A stretch of DNA of 64,000 nt from an uncultured Gemmatimonadaceae bacterium (lineage in GTDB: Bacteria; Gemmatimonadota; Gemmatimonadetes; Longimicrobiales; Gaopeijiaceae): NCBI GenBank assembly GCA_964591135.1, contig CAZPZU010000016.1, forward strand, positions 4,941-68,940, written 5' to 3'. Below, one piece after another: positions 25,285-34,680 of the stretch. The position numbers and the translations under genes are program-made. The notes under the pieces were generated by a model, which was not told where the DNA came from, made no database searches, and was given only the letters and a program-made list of their open reading frames with translations. Every line of letters begins with the position of its first letter. Position 1 is the first letter of the stretch.

Positions 25285-26687
25285 GGATCGAAGCTCAACA
25301 GGGCGTGGCGGCGTTCGGGGATCCTCGACCAGGGGTCGACCTCCACCACGCGGTAGAGCGGGGAATGTCCTAGACGCAACTTCAGCTCTTTGACCGCATC
25401 TTTAAGCGAGAAGGGAACTTCCCCTCGTGCGAGGTCTCTTCCGTCCGCGGCCCTTCCGCCCTCTTCCCTCCGATCGAAGAGGCTCGTCTGGGTGGAGGGT
25501 GCGCCGAAACGGGTGAGCTCCACGAGGAGGGTCTCCACGGCCCGGGGGGGAGGGGAGATCGCCATCTTGCCGCGCAGGGGGAAGGCGATCTTCTCCCGCT
25601 CGGAGGTGGGCTCCCGCAGGACGGTTTCCACGAACCAGGAGCCGCCCCCCTCCAGATAGGCACCCAGGCGCACCGCCGCCACGCTCCGTCCCCGGCGGGT
25701 GGGTCGGGACAGGGCCCGCTCCACCAGGCGATCGAGGGCGCCGTGGAGGGTCTCGGCGAGGCCCACGGGCACAGGGAAGTCCAGCGAGACCCGGATGGGA
25801 CGGGGGCGGTGGAAGGGACGCACCCGGTCGATACGTCGGCCCGTGGCCCAGGCCAGGGCATCCCGTCCCTCCTCACCGAACTGGGCGACGAGCGAGGGCT
25901 CGGGGAAGCGGCGCAGCTCCCCCAACGTGACGACGCCCAGGCGCTCCAGGCGCTGGATGGCCAGCGGATCAACGGGAAGCGCGCTCACGGGACAGGAGGC
26001 CAGGAAGTCGGCGAGCTCGTCCTCGGACACGATCACGGGCGCTCCCGATCGGGCGGAGGCCGCCGCCACCCATGCGCCGAACCTGCCCGGGGCCATCCCG
26101 GCGCGCGTGGCCGCCACGAGTGGGGAGGGGAAGATCCGGAAGAGGGAGCGCAGCGCCCGCTCCGCCTGGCGGACGGGGGATCCGTAGAGGCGTCCCAGCC
26201 CGTCCATCCCGAGGAAGACCCGCCCGCGTCCCGCGGGCTCCACGACCGGGGTGAGCTCGGCCAGCACTTCGAGCATGGCCTCGGTGGCGGCGTCGTAGTG
26301 TGCGGGATCGGGCTCCAGAAGGGTGAGGGTGGGGCAGAGGGACACGGCCTGGGAGACGATCTGTCCCGGGCGTACGCCAGCGTCGTGCGCGCGCTCCGAG
26401 ACCTGCCAGACGGTGCGGCGGACGCTCTCTCCCGGGGAGAGGAGCGCCACGGAAGCCGCGTCGAGCCCGGGGGAGCGCACCAGCTCCAGCCGCAGCTCGA
26501 AGGTGGGGAGCCAGAGGCAGAGAGCCTGGCGGCTGCCGCGTGCGACGTCGGCTTCTTCGGCGAAGGTTCCGGAGAGGCTCCATCCATGCTCGGCATCCCG
26601 ATGCGGTGCGCTCGTCTTACCCCTGGCATCCCACCCGACGGCCGGGTGGGTGGGAACACCATAGGCACTGTGCCGGGGCTCGGACAT
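25281..26687 (-). CDS. ImuB-like Y-family DNA polymerase homologue (probably non-catalytic)
   Basis: Y-family fold motifs (LCLWLPTFELRLE in place of the catalytic DxD strand, VFLGMDGLGRLYG, little-finger region). ATG 26687 is the only canonical in-frame start upstream of the conserved N-terminus. The first 50 or so codons have lower GC3, so the true start is uncertain. Confidence 0.78.
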   Translation of the reverse strand: MSEPRHSAYGVPTHPAVGWDARGKTSAPHRDAEHGWSLSGTFAEEADVARGSRQALCLWLPTFELRLELVRSPGLDAASVALLSPGESVRRTVWQVSERAHDAGVRPGQIVSQAVSLCPTLTLLEPDPAHYDAATEAMLEVLAELTPVVEPAGRGRVFLGMDGLGRLYGSPVRQAERALRSLFRIFPSPLVAATRAGMAPGRFGAWVAAASARSGAPVIVSEDELADFLASCPVSALPVDPLAIQRLERLGVVTLGELRRFPEPSLVAQFGEEGRDALAWATGRRIDRVRPFHRPRPIRVSLDFPVPVGLAETLHGALDRLVERALSRPTRRGRSVAAVRLGAYLEGGGSWFVETVLREPTSEREKIAFPLRGKMAISPPPRAVETLLVELTRFGAPSTQTSLFDRREEGGRAADGRDLARGEVPFSLKDAVKELKLRLGHSPLYRVVEVDPWSRIPERRHALLSFDP

Positions 26688-26848
26688 GGGTGAGCGGGAC
26701 ACCTGGAGGAGACGAAGAAAGCGAGTCCCCCCGGGCTTCCGACGCCCGTCGCGTCGAACACGCGCCGCTCTTCCGGAAACGGCACCCGGCACCACGCCAC
26801 ACACATCCCTGCGTCTTGACCGGTCGTCGGGCCCGGGGGGAGCCCTTA

Positions 26849-26897
26849 CCGAACGAAAACCGAAACTGAACCGAAGATATGCCGAACATTCGCCGAA
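26849..26897. repeat. five direct CCGAA repeats phased exactly 11 bp apart
   Basis: CCGAA starts at 26849, 26860, 26871, 26882 and 26893. The units are ACCGAACGAAA, ACCGAAACTGA, ACCGAAGATAT, GCCGAACATTC, GCCGAAAGCAA. It lies in a locally AT-rich patch of the divergent region between the ImuB-like gene and the ybdK-like gene. Confidence 0.8.
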
Positions 26898-27013
26898 AGC
26901 AAGGTGGATATCGGGGGGTCCGATGGATCTTCGGTGGCTCTCCACGGTAGAAGAAAAGGCTCCCCCGACGTCGGGGCCTTGCCTGGGCAGGTGCCCCAGC
27001 GCGGAGGTCTGTC

Positions 27014-28234
27014 ATGAAGCCCCCGTCTCTCACCCTGGGCGTCGAGGAGGAGTACCAGGTCGTCGATCCCGACACCTGCCTTCTCCACCCCTACATCACC
27101 CGGGTCCTGCAGGAAGGTCGGATCACGGTGAAGGGGATCAAGCCCGAGCTGCACCAGTCCACCGTGGAGGTGGGCACCGAGGTGTGTGCGACCCCCCAGG
27201 AGGTCCGCTCGGAGATCGTGCGTCTGCGCACCGCCGTCACCCAGCTCGCGGGTGAGCACGGGCTGCGGATCGTGGCGTCCGGAACGCATCCGATCTCCTC
27301 GTGGATCGAGTCGCAGATCACACCGATGGACCGGTATCTTGGGCTGGAGGAAGCCCTCCAGGACGTCGCCAGGAGGAACCTGATCTTCGGGACCCACGTC
27401 CACGTGGGGATCGATGACCGGGAGTTCCTCATCGACACGATGGCGGTGGTCCGCTACTTCCTCCCGCACCTCCTCGCCCTCTCGACGAGCTCCCCCTTCT
27501 GGATGGGACGCAACACGGGGCTCAAGTCGTACCGCACCCGGGTGTGGCGGGAGTTTCCCCGCTCCGGGGTTCCGCCGGCGTTCCGCACCTGGGCCGAGTA
27601 CGAGGACCTGATCGCGACGCTCGTCCGGGCCAACTCCATGGAGGATCCCTCCAAGCTGTGGTGGGATCTGCGCCCCTCGCACTTCTATCCCACCCTCGAG
27701 TTCCGGATCTGCGACATGGCCACGCGCGTCGACGAGGTCGTGTGTCTGGCGGCGCTGACGCAGGCCATCGTGGCCAAGATGTGGAAGCTCCGGCGCGACA
27801 ACCTCACGTTCCGGCACTATTCCGTCGAGCTCCTGCAGGAGAACAAGTTCCGGGCGGCCCGCTACGGGCTGGACGGGAACCTCATCGACCTGGGCAAGGG
27901 CGAGGAGATCGACACCCGCCAGATGATCCACGAGCTCGTGGACTTCGTCGACGACGTCGTTGACGAGCTCGGCTCCCGCGACGATGTCGAGTACGTGGCA
28001 CAGATCCTCGAGGACGGCTCCAGCGCCGACCGACAGCTGCGTGTCTACGAGCAGGAGGGGACCCTCGAGGCGGTCGTGCACCACCTGCTCGAAGAGACGA
28101 CGCGCGGGTGCTGCGAGGAGGCGCTCCCCGACCGGCACCGGGACGTCGAGCGCGCCGGGGCTCCTCCACGAGAGCATCCGCCGAGTGCCCCCCCGGGGTG
28201 GGCCGCCCCGCCGGGTCCCGTGCCGCTCAACTAG
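27014..28234 (+). CDS. ybdK: carboxylate-amine ligase, YbdK / glutamate-cysteine ligase family 2
   Basis: 406 aa. N-terminal LTLGVEEEYQVVD and HQSTVEVGT motifs, and later FGTHVHVGI. Confidence 0.88.
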   Translation: MKPPSLTLGVEEEYQVVDPDTCLLHPYITRVLQEGRITVKGIKPELHQSTVEVGTEVCATPQEVRSEIVRLRTAVTQLAGEHGLRIVASGTHPISSWIESQITPMDRYLGLEEALQDVARRNLIFGTHVHVGIDDREFLIDTMAVVRYFLPHLLALSTSSPFWMGRNTGLKSYRTRVWREFPRSGVPPAFRTWAEYEDLIATLVRANSMEDPSKLWWDLRPSHFYPTLEFRICDMATRVDEVVCLAALTQAIVAKMWKLRRDNLTFRHYSVELLQENKFRAARYGLDGNLIDLGKGEEIDTRQMIHELVDFVDDVVDELGSRDDVEYVAQILEDGSSADRQLRVYEQEGTLEAVVHHLLEETTRGCCEEALPDRHRDVERAGAPPREHPPSAPPGWAAPPGPVPLN

Positions 28235-28326
28235 TCGCGGCAAGGTCGGGCGGGGGCGCTCGGCCGCCGCCCGACCTGCCATCTCCTGTGCTTGCCCGCC
28301 GGGGCGCGCCGGGTGAGGCTTGGGTC

Positions 28327-29271
28327 ATGCCCACGGATCCCTTCGCCGCCTTCCTCCGCCGTCAGGGCGTCGTCGTCCTCGACGGTGGTCTTGCGACCGC
28401 CCTCGAGGCGCATGGGCAGGATCTGGACGATCCGCTCTGGTCCGCGCGGGTCCTCCTGGACGCGCCGGAGGCGGTGCGCGCCGTCCACCGTGACTACCTG
28501 GAGGCCGGTGCCGACTGCATCGCCACGGTAACCTACCAGGCGACCTTCGAGGGGTTCTCCACCCGCGGGCTGTCCGACGCCGAAGCCGAAGCGGCGTTCC
28601 GGGAAGCCGTGCGCATCGCCGTGGAGGCGCGTGACGCCTTCTGGAGCGTGGCCTCGAACCGGGCGGGTCGACTCGAGCCCCTGGTCGCGGCCAGCGTGGG
28701 ACCTTACGGCGCCTTCCTGGCGGACGGGTCCGAGTACACCGGCGACTACGACCTGGACGAAGACGGTCTGGTCGCGTTCCATCGCCGTCGCTGGCGCCTC
28801 CTCGCCTCCTCGGAGGCGGACCTGATGGCGTGCGAGACGATCCCCTCGGCCGCGGAGGCGCGGGCGCTGCTCCGGCTCTTCGCGGAGACGCCCGACCGGT
28901 GGGGGTGGATCTCCTTCCAGTGTCGTGACGGCGCCCACCTCGCGGACGGCAGCCCGCTCGAGGACGCTGTCCGCCTCTGCGACGCCGAGGAGCGGGTGAG
29001 CGCCGTCGGCGTCAACTGCGTCCCGCCGGGCCGCGTGGCCCCCCTCCTGGAGCGGGCGGGTGCGGTCACCACGAAGCCCCTCGTCGCCTACCCCAACTCC
29101 GGGGAGGTCTACGACGTCGGCACGAAGCGATGGGGCCCAGGGACCGCCGAGGAGGACGTGGTCACCGGGGCACCCGGTTGGCGGAGGCGGGGGGCCTCGG
29201 TGCTCGGCGGATGCTGCCGGACCGGTCCCCAGACGATCGCCCGACTGAGGGCCGCCTTGCTGGGAGGTTGA
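28327..29271 (+). CDS. mmuM: homocysteine S-methyltransferase
   Basis: ORF 28108..29271 trimmed to ATG 28327. Motifs VVVLDGGLATALE, DPLWSA, GADCIATVTYQA, and Zn ligands in VNC and GGCCRTGP. Confidence 0.88.
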   Translation: MPTDPFAAFLRRQGVVVLDGGLATALEAHGQDLDDPLWSARVLLDAPEAVRAVHRDYLEAGADCIATVTYQATFEGFSTRGLSDAEAEAAFREAVRIAVEARDAFWSVASNRAGRLEPLVAASVGPYGAFLADGSEYTGDYDLDEDGLVAFHRRRWRLLASSEADLMACETIPSAAEARALLRLFAETPDRWGWISFQCRDGAHLADGSPLEDAVRLCDAEERVSAVGVNCVPPGRVAPLLERAGAVTTKPLVAYPNSGEVYDVGTKRWGPGTAEEDVVTGAPGWRRRGASVLGGCCRTGPQTIARLRAALLGG

Positions 29272-29277
29272 GGCGGG

Positions 29278-29979
29278 TCACCCCTTCCCGAGTCGCAGGA
29301 CGTTGCCCGTCACGATCCCGGCATCGGGCGCCGCGAGGAAGCGCACGACCCGGGCGATCTCCTCGGGCGTGAGCCATCGACTCCGATCGGCGTCCGGCAT
29401 CGCGCGGCGGTTCGCGGGCGTATCGATCGTCGTCGGCGCGACCGCGTTGACCGTGATCCCGGCCGGCCCGAGCTCCCTGGCGAGGTTGCGTGTCAGGCTC
29501 ACGACCGCCGCCTTGCTGGCCAGGTACGCGCTCATGCCCGCCAGCGGTCCTCCCAGGGCCGCCGCGGCCGCGACGTTGACGATGCGACCGCCCCCCGACT
29601 CCCGGAGGAGGGGAACCGCGGCGCGCGCGGCCAGGAAGGGCGCGGTGGCGTTGGTTCCCCACAGCCGCAGCCAGGTGTCGGGGTCCGTCTCCTCGACGGG
29701 CGCCGCCGCGAAGCCTCCCACCAGGTTGCACAGCAGGTCGAGTCGGCCGTCCTCCCGCGCGACGTTCGCGAAGAGGTCGTCGACCGCTCCAGGGTCGGTA
29801 AGGTCCGCCTCGTGCAGGCGGAGTCCGTCGCCTGGTCCGACACGCCGCAGGAACTCCTCGTCGCCGCGCCGCTCCCGCCGTGGGACGTGCACCCTCCATC
29901 CGTCGTCGAGCAGGGTGCGCACCACGGCACCCCCCAGCCCTCCGGTCCCTCCACTCACCACCGCCACCTTCGTGCTCAT
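29278..29979 (-). CDS. SDR-family oxidoreductase
   Basis: 233 aa at the C-terminal end of track ORF 29278..31731. TGGxxGxG-type motif VSGGTGGLGGAV, catalytic YLASK, and VNAVAP. Confidence 0.9.
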   Translation of the reverse strand: MSTKVAVVSGGTGGLGGAVVRTLLDDGWRVHVPRRERRGDEEFLRRVGPGDGLRLHEADLTDPGAVDDLFANVAREDGRLDLLCNLVGGFAAAPVEETDPDTWLRLWGTNATAPFLAARAAVPLLRESGGGRIVNVAAAAALGGPLAGMSAYLASKAAVVSLTRNLARELGPAGITVNAVAPTTIDTPANRRAMPDADRSRWLTPEEIARVVRFLAAPDAGIVTGNVLRLGKG

Positions 29980-30231
29980 GCGCGCCTTCCTGTTCGTCGC
30001 GGGAATGCCGGGTCCGGACCGGCCAGAGACGGAGCAGTCTCGCCTTGCCCCCGTCCTCGGAATCCAAATAACTTCAGGGCTCTTCGACGTTCCCGCAGCC
30101 CCGGCGGCGGGCGTGCGAAGCCGATTCCAGCTCTTCCCGCGACATCCTCCGGAGTGCTCCGTGGCCGCATACGCGCAGGCTCTCGTTCTCCGGCCCGGGC
30201 CCCCTCCCTCCTCACCCGCGAGCGCCGCGCC

Positions 30232-31722
30232 ATGCAGGTCCGCTTCCACGCCGATGATCCCCTCACCCACGACATCCCCCTTCTGGTGGTCGGAGTGCCC
30301 GAGGGTCAGACCTCGCCGGACGGCTTCCTCGCCCGCCTGGACGACCATCTCGGCGGGGCGGTAGCCCGGGCCCTCGACGCAGGCGACCTGCGGGGAAGGA
30401 CCAGCGACGAGGTTCTCCTCTACGGAGGTGAAGGGGGCCCCCGTCGCGTGGCGCTCCTGGGCCTCGGCAAGTCGGAAGACCTGGACGCGGAGCAGGCGCG
30501 CAGGCTCGGGGGGCGGGCGGTTCGGCTCGCCGAGCGGCTGCGGGTCGACTCGGTCGCACTCCGGCTCGGCGAAGAGGGATCCCTCTCCGACGCGGTCAGG
30601 GCGCAGGCGGCCGCGGAAGGCGCCACCCTCGCCGCGTGGCGGTTCACGGAGCTCAAGCGTCCCCCGGAGGACGAGCCCCCGGTCACCGTGGGGCAGGCGG
30701 ACCTGTTCGGGGACGGCGACCCTGATGCCATCGCGGAGGGCGTGCGGGTAGGTGAGATCATCGCGCGCGGCGAGAACGCCGCGCGCACGCTCCAGTCCCG
30801 GCCGGGCAATCTCGCGACGCCCTCGCACCTGGCCGCCGAGGCCGAGCGGATCGCGGGCGAGGTTGGACTCTCCGTGACCGTGTTCGACGAGGAGGCGCTG
30901 CACCGCGAGGGGATGCACGCGATCCTGGCCGTGTCCCAGGGCTCCATGGAGGAGGCGCGCCTGATCGTCCTCGAACACCGTGGAGGGGCCGAGGGTGAGG
31001 CGCCGCTCGTCCTGGTGGGGAAGGGTCTCACCTTCGATGCCGGCGGGATCTCGATCAAGCCCGCCTCCGGCATGGAGGACATGAAGTTCGACATGTCCGG
31101 CGGCGCCGCCGTGCTCGCGGCGATGCAGGTCGTGGGGGAGCTGGGCGTGCCCGCCAACGTCGTGGGGATCGTGCCCTCGTCGGAGAACCTCCCGTCGGGC
31201 AGCGCGGTCAAGCCCGGAGACGTCATCCAGACCCTCGCCGGCAAGACCGTGGAGGTGATCAACACCGACGCGGAGGGTCGCCTCATCCTCGCGGACGCGC
31301 TCGCCTGGGGTGCCCGGATGAAGCCTGCGGCCATGGTGGACTGCGCAACGCTGACCGGCGCGGTCGTGGTGGCGCTGGGACATCACGCCGCGGGGGTCTT
31401 CGGCAACGACGAGGCCCTGGTGGAGGAGCTGCGGAGCGCCGGGACGCGATCGGGGGAGCGCTGTTGGCCCCTTCCGCTCTGGGACGAGTACAAGAAGCAA
31501 CTGGAGAGCGAGACTGCCGATCTGATGAACGTCGGCGGGCGGCCTGCCGGCTCGATCACGGCGGCCTGCTTCCTGTCCGAGTTCGTCGGGGAGACGCGTT
31601 GGGCGCATCTCGACATCGCCGGCACGGCATACGGCGAAGGCAAGCTCCCGTACCAGCGCAAGGGCGGGTACGGCTTTCCCACGCGGCTCCTGGTGGAGTG
31701 GATCCGGAGTCGCGTCGGCTGA
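30232..31722 (+). CDS. pepA: leucyl aminopeptidase (M17 family)
   Basis: ORF 29812..31722 trimmed to ATG 30232. Motifs VGKGLTFDAGGISIKP, MKFDMSGGAAV and the signature NTDAEGRLILADAL. Confidence 0.93.
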   Translation: MQVRFHADDPLTHDIPLLVVGVPEGQTSPDGFLARLDDHLGGAVARALDAGDLRGRTSDEVLLYGGEGGPRRVALLGLGKSEDLDAEQARRLGGRAVRLAERLRVDSVALRLGEEGSLSDAVRAQAAAEGATLAAWRFTELKRPPEDEPPVTVGQADLFGDGDPDAIAEGVRVGEIIARGENAARTLQSRPGNLATPSHLAAEAERIAGEVGLSVTVFDEEALHREGMHAILAVSQGSMEEARLIVLEHRGGAEGEAPLVLVGKGLTFDAGGISIKPASGMEDMKFDMSGGAAVLAAMQVVGELGVPANVVGIVPSSENLPSGSAVKPGDVIQTLAGKTVEVINTDAEGRLILADALAWGARMKPAAMVDCATLTGAVVVALGHHAAGVFGNDEALVEELRSAGTRSGERCWPLPLWDEYKKQLESETADLMNVGGRPAGSITAACFLSEFVGETRWAHLDIAGTAYGEGKLPYQRKGGYGFPTRLLVEWIRSRVG

Positions 31723-31724
31723 CC

Positions 31725-33674
31725 GTGCCACCCTCGTCCCTTCCTGCCGCCCGCCCCGGTCGCCGGGCCGGGGCGCTCACGACTCGACTCCTTCTCGCCG
31801 CGCTCCTCTCGGGGCTCCCCGGCCCGCTACGGGCCCAGGTCCCGCCCGACACGCTGCGCCCGGACACGCTGCGCGTGGACACGCTGGGCCCCGCGCCTCG
31901 CCTGCCGGGTGACTCGCTCCCGCCGGGGGACACGGTCGAGGCGGACACGATCTTCTACAATCTCCCGTCGCTGGATCACCGGCCTGCGGGTGGGTGGGAG
32001 AGTGGGGCTTGGAGCTGGAATCACGACGAGATCCTCTCGTCCGGAGCCAGCACGTTGGTGGATCTCGTGGAGACCGTGCCCGGGATGGTCGCCCTGCGGG
32101 CGGGAGACTACGGCACGCCCCAGGCCGTGACCGCGTTCGGTCTGGGAGGAGGCCGCATCCGCGTGTTCCGGGACGGATTCGAGCTGGTGCCATTGGCGGG
32201 TGGCAGCACCGATCTGTCACGCGTGGGCCTCGGGGGGATCACGCAGGTGCGGCTCGAGCGCTTCCCCGGGGAGGTCCGCATCTACCTCTTCAGCCTCGAA
32301 TTCAACGACGGGAGACCGTATTCGCTGCTGGAGGCGGGCACGGGCGACCTGAACACCAACCTGCTGCGGGGTACCTTCGCGAACCCCACCACGCTCGGCG
32401 GGGACCTCTCCGTCGCGCTGGAGCGGGCTGACTCGCGCGGGGCCCGCGGTGACGAGCCGGGCAGAGTTCAGGGCAGCTGGCTGCGTTACCAGTTGCACCG
32501 CGGGAACACGGCAGGACTCGCCCTGGACTTCCGACGTATGGGCTCCACGACGGACGCCGAAGCCTACGCGGCGAAGGTGACGCGCACGGAGCTGACCATC
32601 CGCGGTCGGGCGCGCCTGCTCCGGGGTCTGACGGCAGAGGCGTACTGGGGCCGCTCGCAACACGACGTCGAGGACACCCGGGACGCGTACGCGACCGAAG
32701 GAGGTCGCCGATCCCAGCTCGGCCTGCGCGCCGCGTGGGAGCAGGACGGGCTCTTCGCCGATGCGGCCTACCGTCATTTCGGGGGCGCCGCGCTCCCCTC
32801 GGGCCGCCTCGATCTCTCGGTCGGCGGTGAGCGGGCCTCTGTGGGGGGGCTCGTGGCCGAGTTGGATCGCGCGGCCTGGGAGGACACGTCCACCTCGGCG
32901 CGGCGCCTGCGCGCCTGGACACGGCCCGTCGTGGGGCTGTCGGTCTTCGCCTCGTGGGAGTCCGGCACCTACGGCGCCCGCACGTTTCCGCTCCTCGACG
33001 TGACCCCGCCCCCGAGCCCGGACGGTGCCGACACGCAGGCGCAGCCGGCGCAGGAGGAGCCGCCTCCGGATTTCCGGGTGACGGACCGGACGGCATCGCG
33101 CTACGGCGTGCGGTGGGCCTGGAGGGGCGTGGCCCTGTCGGGCGCGCGGCTGCGCATCGAGGCCGACTCGCTCCTGCCCGTCGGCATCGAGCCGGACCGC
33201 GGCGAGCCGGCGCTGGCCGGGGGTGAGCGGAGGGGGTGGGAGGCGTGGGCCCGGTTCCCCCTTCCGATCCTGGACGGTCTGCACCTCGAGGGCTCGCTAC
33301 AGCAGTGGGACGAACCCTGGTCCTACATGCCGCGCCGCGTCTACCGTGGTGCCGCGGTCTACCACCGCACCTTCCTCGAAACGGGCAATTTCGAGATGTG
33401 GGCCACGGTCGGCGTAACGGGACACGACCCGATGACGGTTCGCCGGGTCGTGGGGGAGCTCACGGACGCCGAGGGCAACGTCGTGGGGCCGGAGCTCGCG
33501 GAGGTACCCTTCTACCAGAGCTGGTACGGCCGACTTCAGCTGCGTATCGTGACCGTGCGCGTCTTCCTCGGGTGGGACAACTTCACGATCCGGAGGAATC
33601 TCCAGGACTTCCCGGACCGCCTCCTACCGCAGACGCGTGCGGTCTACGGAATCCGTTGGACGATGTGGAGGTGA
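31725..33674 (+). CDS. outer-membrane protein with a TonB-dependent-receptor plug-like domain
   Basis: ORF 31464..33674 trimmed to GTG 31725, 2 nt after the pepA stop. Signal-like TRLLLAALLSGLPGPLRAQ. Plug-like LVDLVETVPGMVALRAGDYGTPQAVTAFGLGGGRIRVFRDG. Beta-rich C-terminus ending YGIRWTMWR. Confidence 0.68.
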   Translation: MPPSSLPAARPGRRAGALTTRLLLAALLSGLPGPLRAQVPPDTLRPDTLRVDTLGPAPRLPGDSLPPGDTVEADTIFYNLPSLDHRPAGGWESGAWSWNHDEILSSGASTLVDLVETVPGMVALRAGDYGTPQAVTAFGLGGGRIRVFRDGFELVPLAGGSTDLSRVGLGGITQVRLERFPGEVRIYLFSLEFNDGRPYSLLEAGTGDLNTNLLRGTFANPTTLGGDLSVALERADSRGARGDEPGRVQGSWLRYQLHRGNTAGLALDFRRMGSTTDAEAYAAKVTRTELTIRGRARLLRGLTAEAYWGRSQHDVEDTRDAYATEGGRRSQLGLRAAWEQDGLFADAAYRHFGGAALPSGRLDLSVGGERASVGGLVAELDRAAWEDTSTSARRLRAWTRPVVGLSVFASWESGTYGARTFPLLDVTPPPSPDGADTQAQPAQEEPPPDFRVTDRTASRYGVRWAWRGVALSGARLRIEADSLLPVGIEPDRGEPALAGGERRGWEAWARFPLPILDGLHLEGSLQQWDEPWSYMPRRVYRGAAVYHRTFLETGNFEMWATVGVTGHDPMTVRRVVGELTDAEGNVVGPELAEVPFYQSWYGRLQLRIVTVRVFLGWDNFTIRRNLQDFPDRLLPQTRAVYGIRWTMWR

Positions 33675-33786
33675 GCATGGCCCGGGCGCCCGCCTGTCCA
33701 GCCATGTCTTCGACCCGGACACCGGAGCCATTATGTTACCAGGCTCTGCCGGAGACGGCACCAGGACCACGCACAGCGGGGCCGGG

Positions 33787-34680
33787 ATGATCCGCAGCAT
33801 GACCGGGTACGGTGAGGCCGAGCGGGACACGCCGGCAGGCCACCTCAGACTCGAGGTGAAGACGGTGAACCACCGCTTCTTCAACTCGAGCGTCAAGACG
33901 CCTCCGGGCTTCGACCGCTTCGAGCGGGAGCTCACCGAGGTCTTCCGCGCTCACGTGTCCCGTGGGCATGTCAGCGCGTACCTCTCCGTCGACCGCAACC
34001 GACGTGGCGTCGAAGGGACAGGTGGCGTTCGCGTGGACCTCGAGCGGGCCCGGGGCTACAAGGAAGCCCTCGAGGCGATCCAGGAGGAGCTGGCCATCCC
34101 GGGGATGGTCGACATGCGCATGCTGTGCCACTTCGGCGAGATCTTCCGCGCGCCGGATCCCGAGGGTGCCCCCACCGTCGAGGCGGAGGTGCTGGTGGAG
34201 ATGGCGGAGGAGGCCGCGGGGGCCCTGGTGGCGCTGCGCGAGGCGGAGGGAGCCCGTCTGCACGACGATCTCGCGGGGCGTCTGGAGGCGATGGCGGCCC
34301 ACCTGGCCACCGTGGCGGAACGGGCGCCCGACCGCCTGGTGCGGGAACGGGACCGCCTCCGCGGGGTGATCCGGGAGCTCACCGAGCAGGTGGAGGTCGA
34401 CGAGGATCGTCTGGCCCGGGAGATCGCGTACCTGGCCGAGCGGTGGGACATCAACGAGGAGATCGTGCGCTTCCGCTCGCACATCGAGTTGTTCCGGGAG
34501 GCCCTGGACTCGCACAGCGCCGAGCCGGTGGGCAAGCGCCTCGGCTTCCTCGTGCAGGAGATGCATCGCGAGGCCAACACGATCGGGTCGAAGGCGAACG
34601 ACCAGGCCATCGCCGAGGCGTCCGTCGCGCTCAAGGAGGAGGTGGAGCGGCTCCGAGAGCAGGTGGAGAACGTCGAGTGA
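33787..34680 (+). CDS. yicC: YicC/YloC-family endoribonuclease
   Basis: ATG 33787 (MIRSMTGYGEAE...). C-terminal DINEEIVRFRSH and EMHREANTIGSK motifs. Confidence 0.88.
   Translation: MIRSMTGYGEAERDTPAGHLRLEVKTVNHRFFNSSVKTPPGFDRFERELTEVFRAHVSRGHVSAYLSVDRNRRGVEGTGGVRVDLERARGYKEALEAIQEELAIPGMVDMRMLCHFGEIFRAPDPEGAPTVEAEVLVEMAEEAAGALVALREAEGARLHDDLAGRLEAMAAHLATVAERAPDRLVRERDRLRGVIRELTEQVEVDEDRLAREIAYLAERWDINEEIVRFRSHIELFREALDSHSAEPVGKRLGFLVQEMHREANTIGSKANDQAIAEASVALKEEVERLREQVENVE

Noticed and set aside
26849-26897. The CCGAA array as a mini-CRISPR array or a tandem-repeat (VNTR) locus.
   Set aside because: Only the 5-6 nt core is conserved and the 5-6 nt between cores is unique. The total length is 49 bp. 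There are no cas genes. The pattern fits phased protein-binding sites, not CRISPR repeats or slipped-strand tandem copies.
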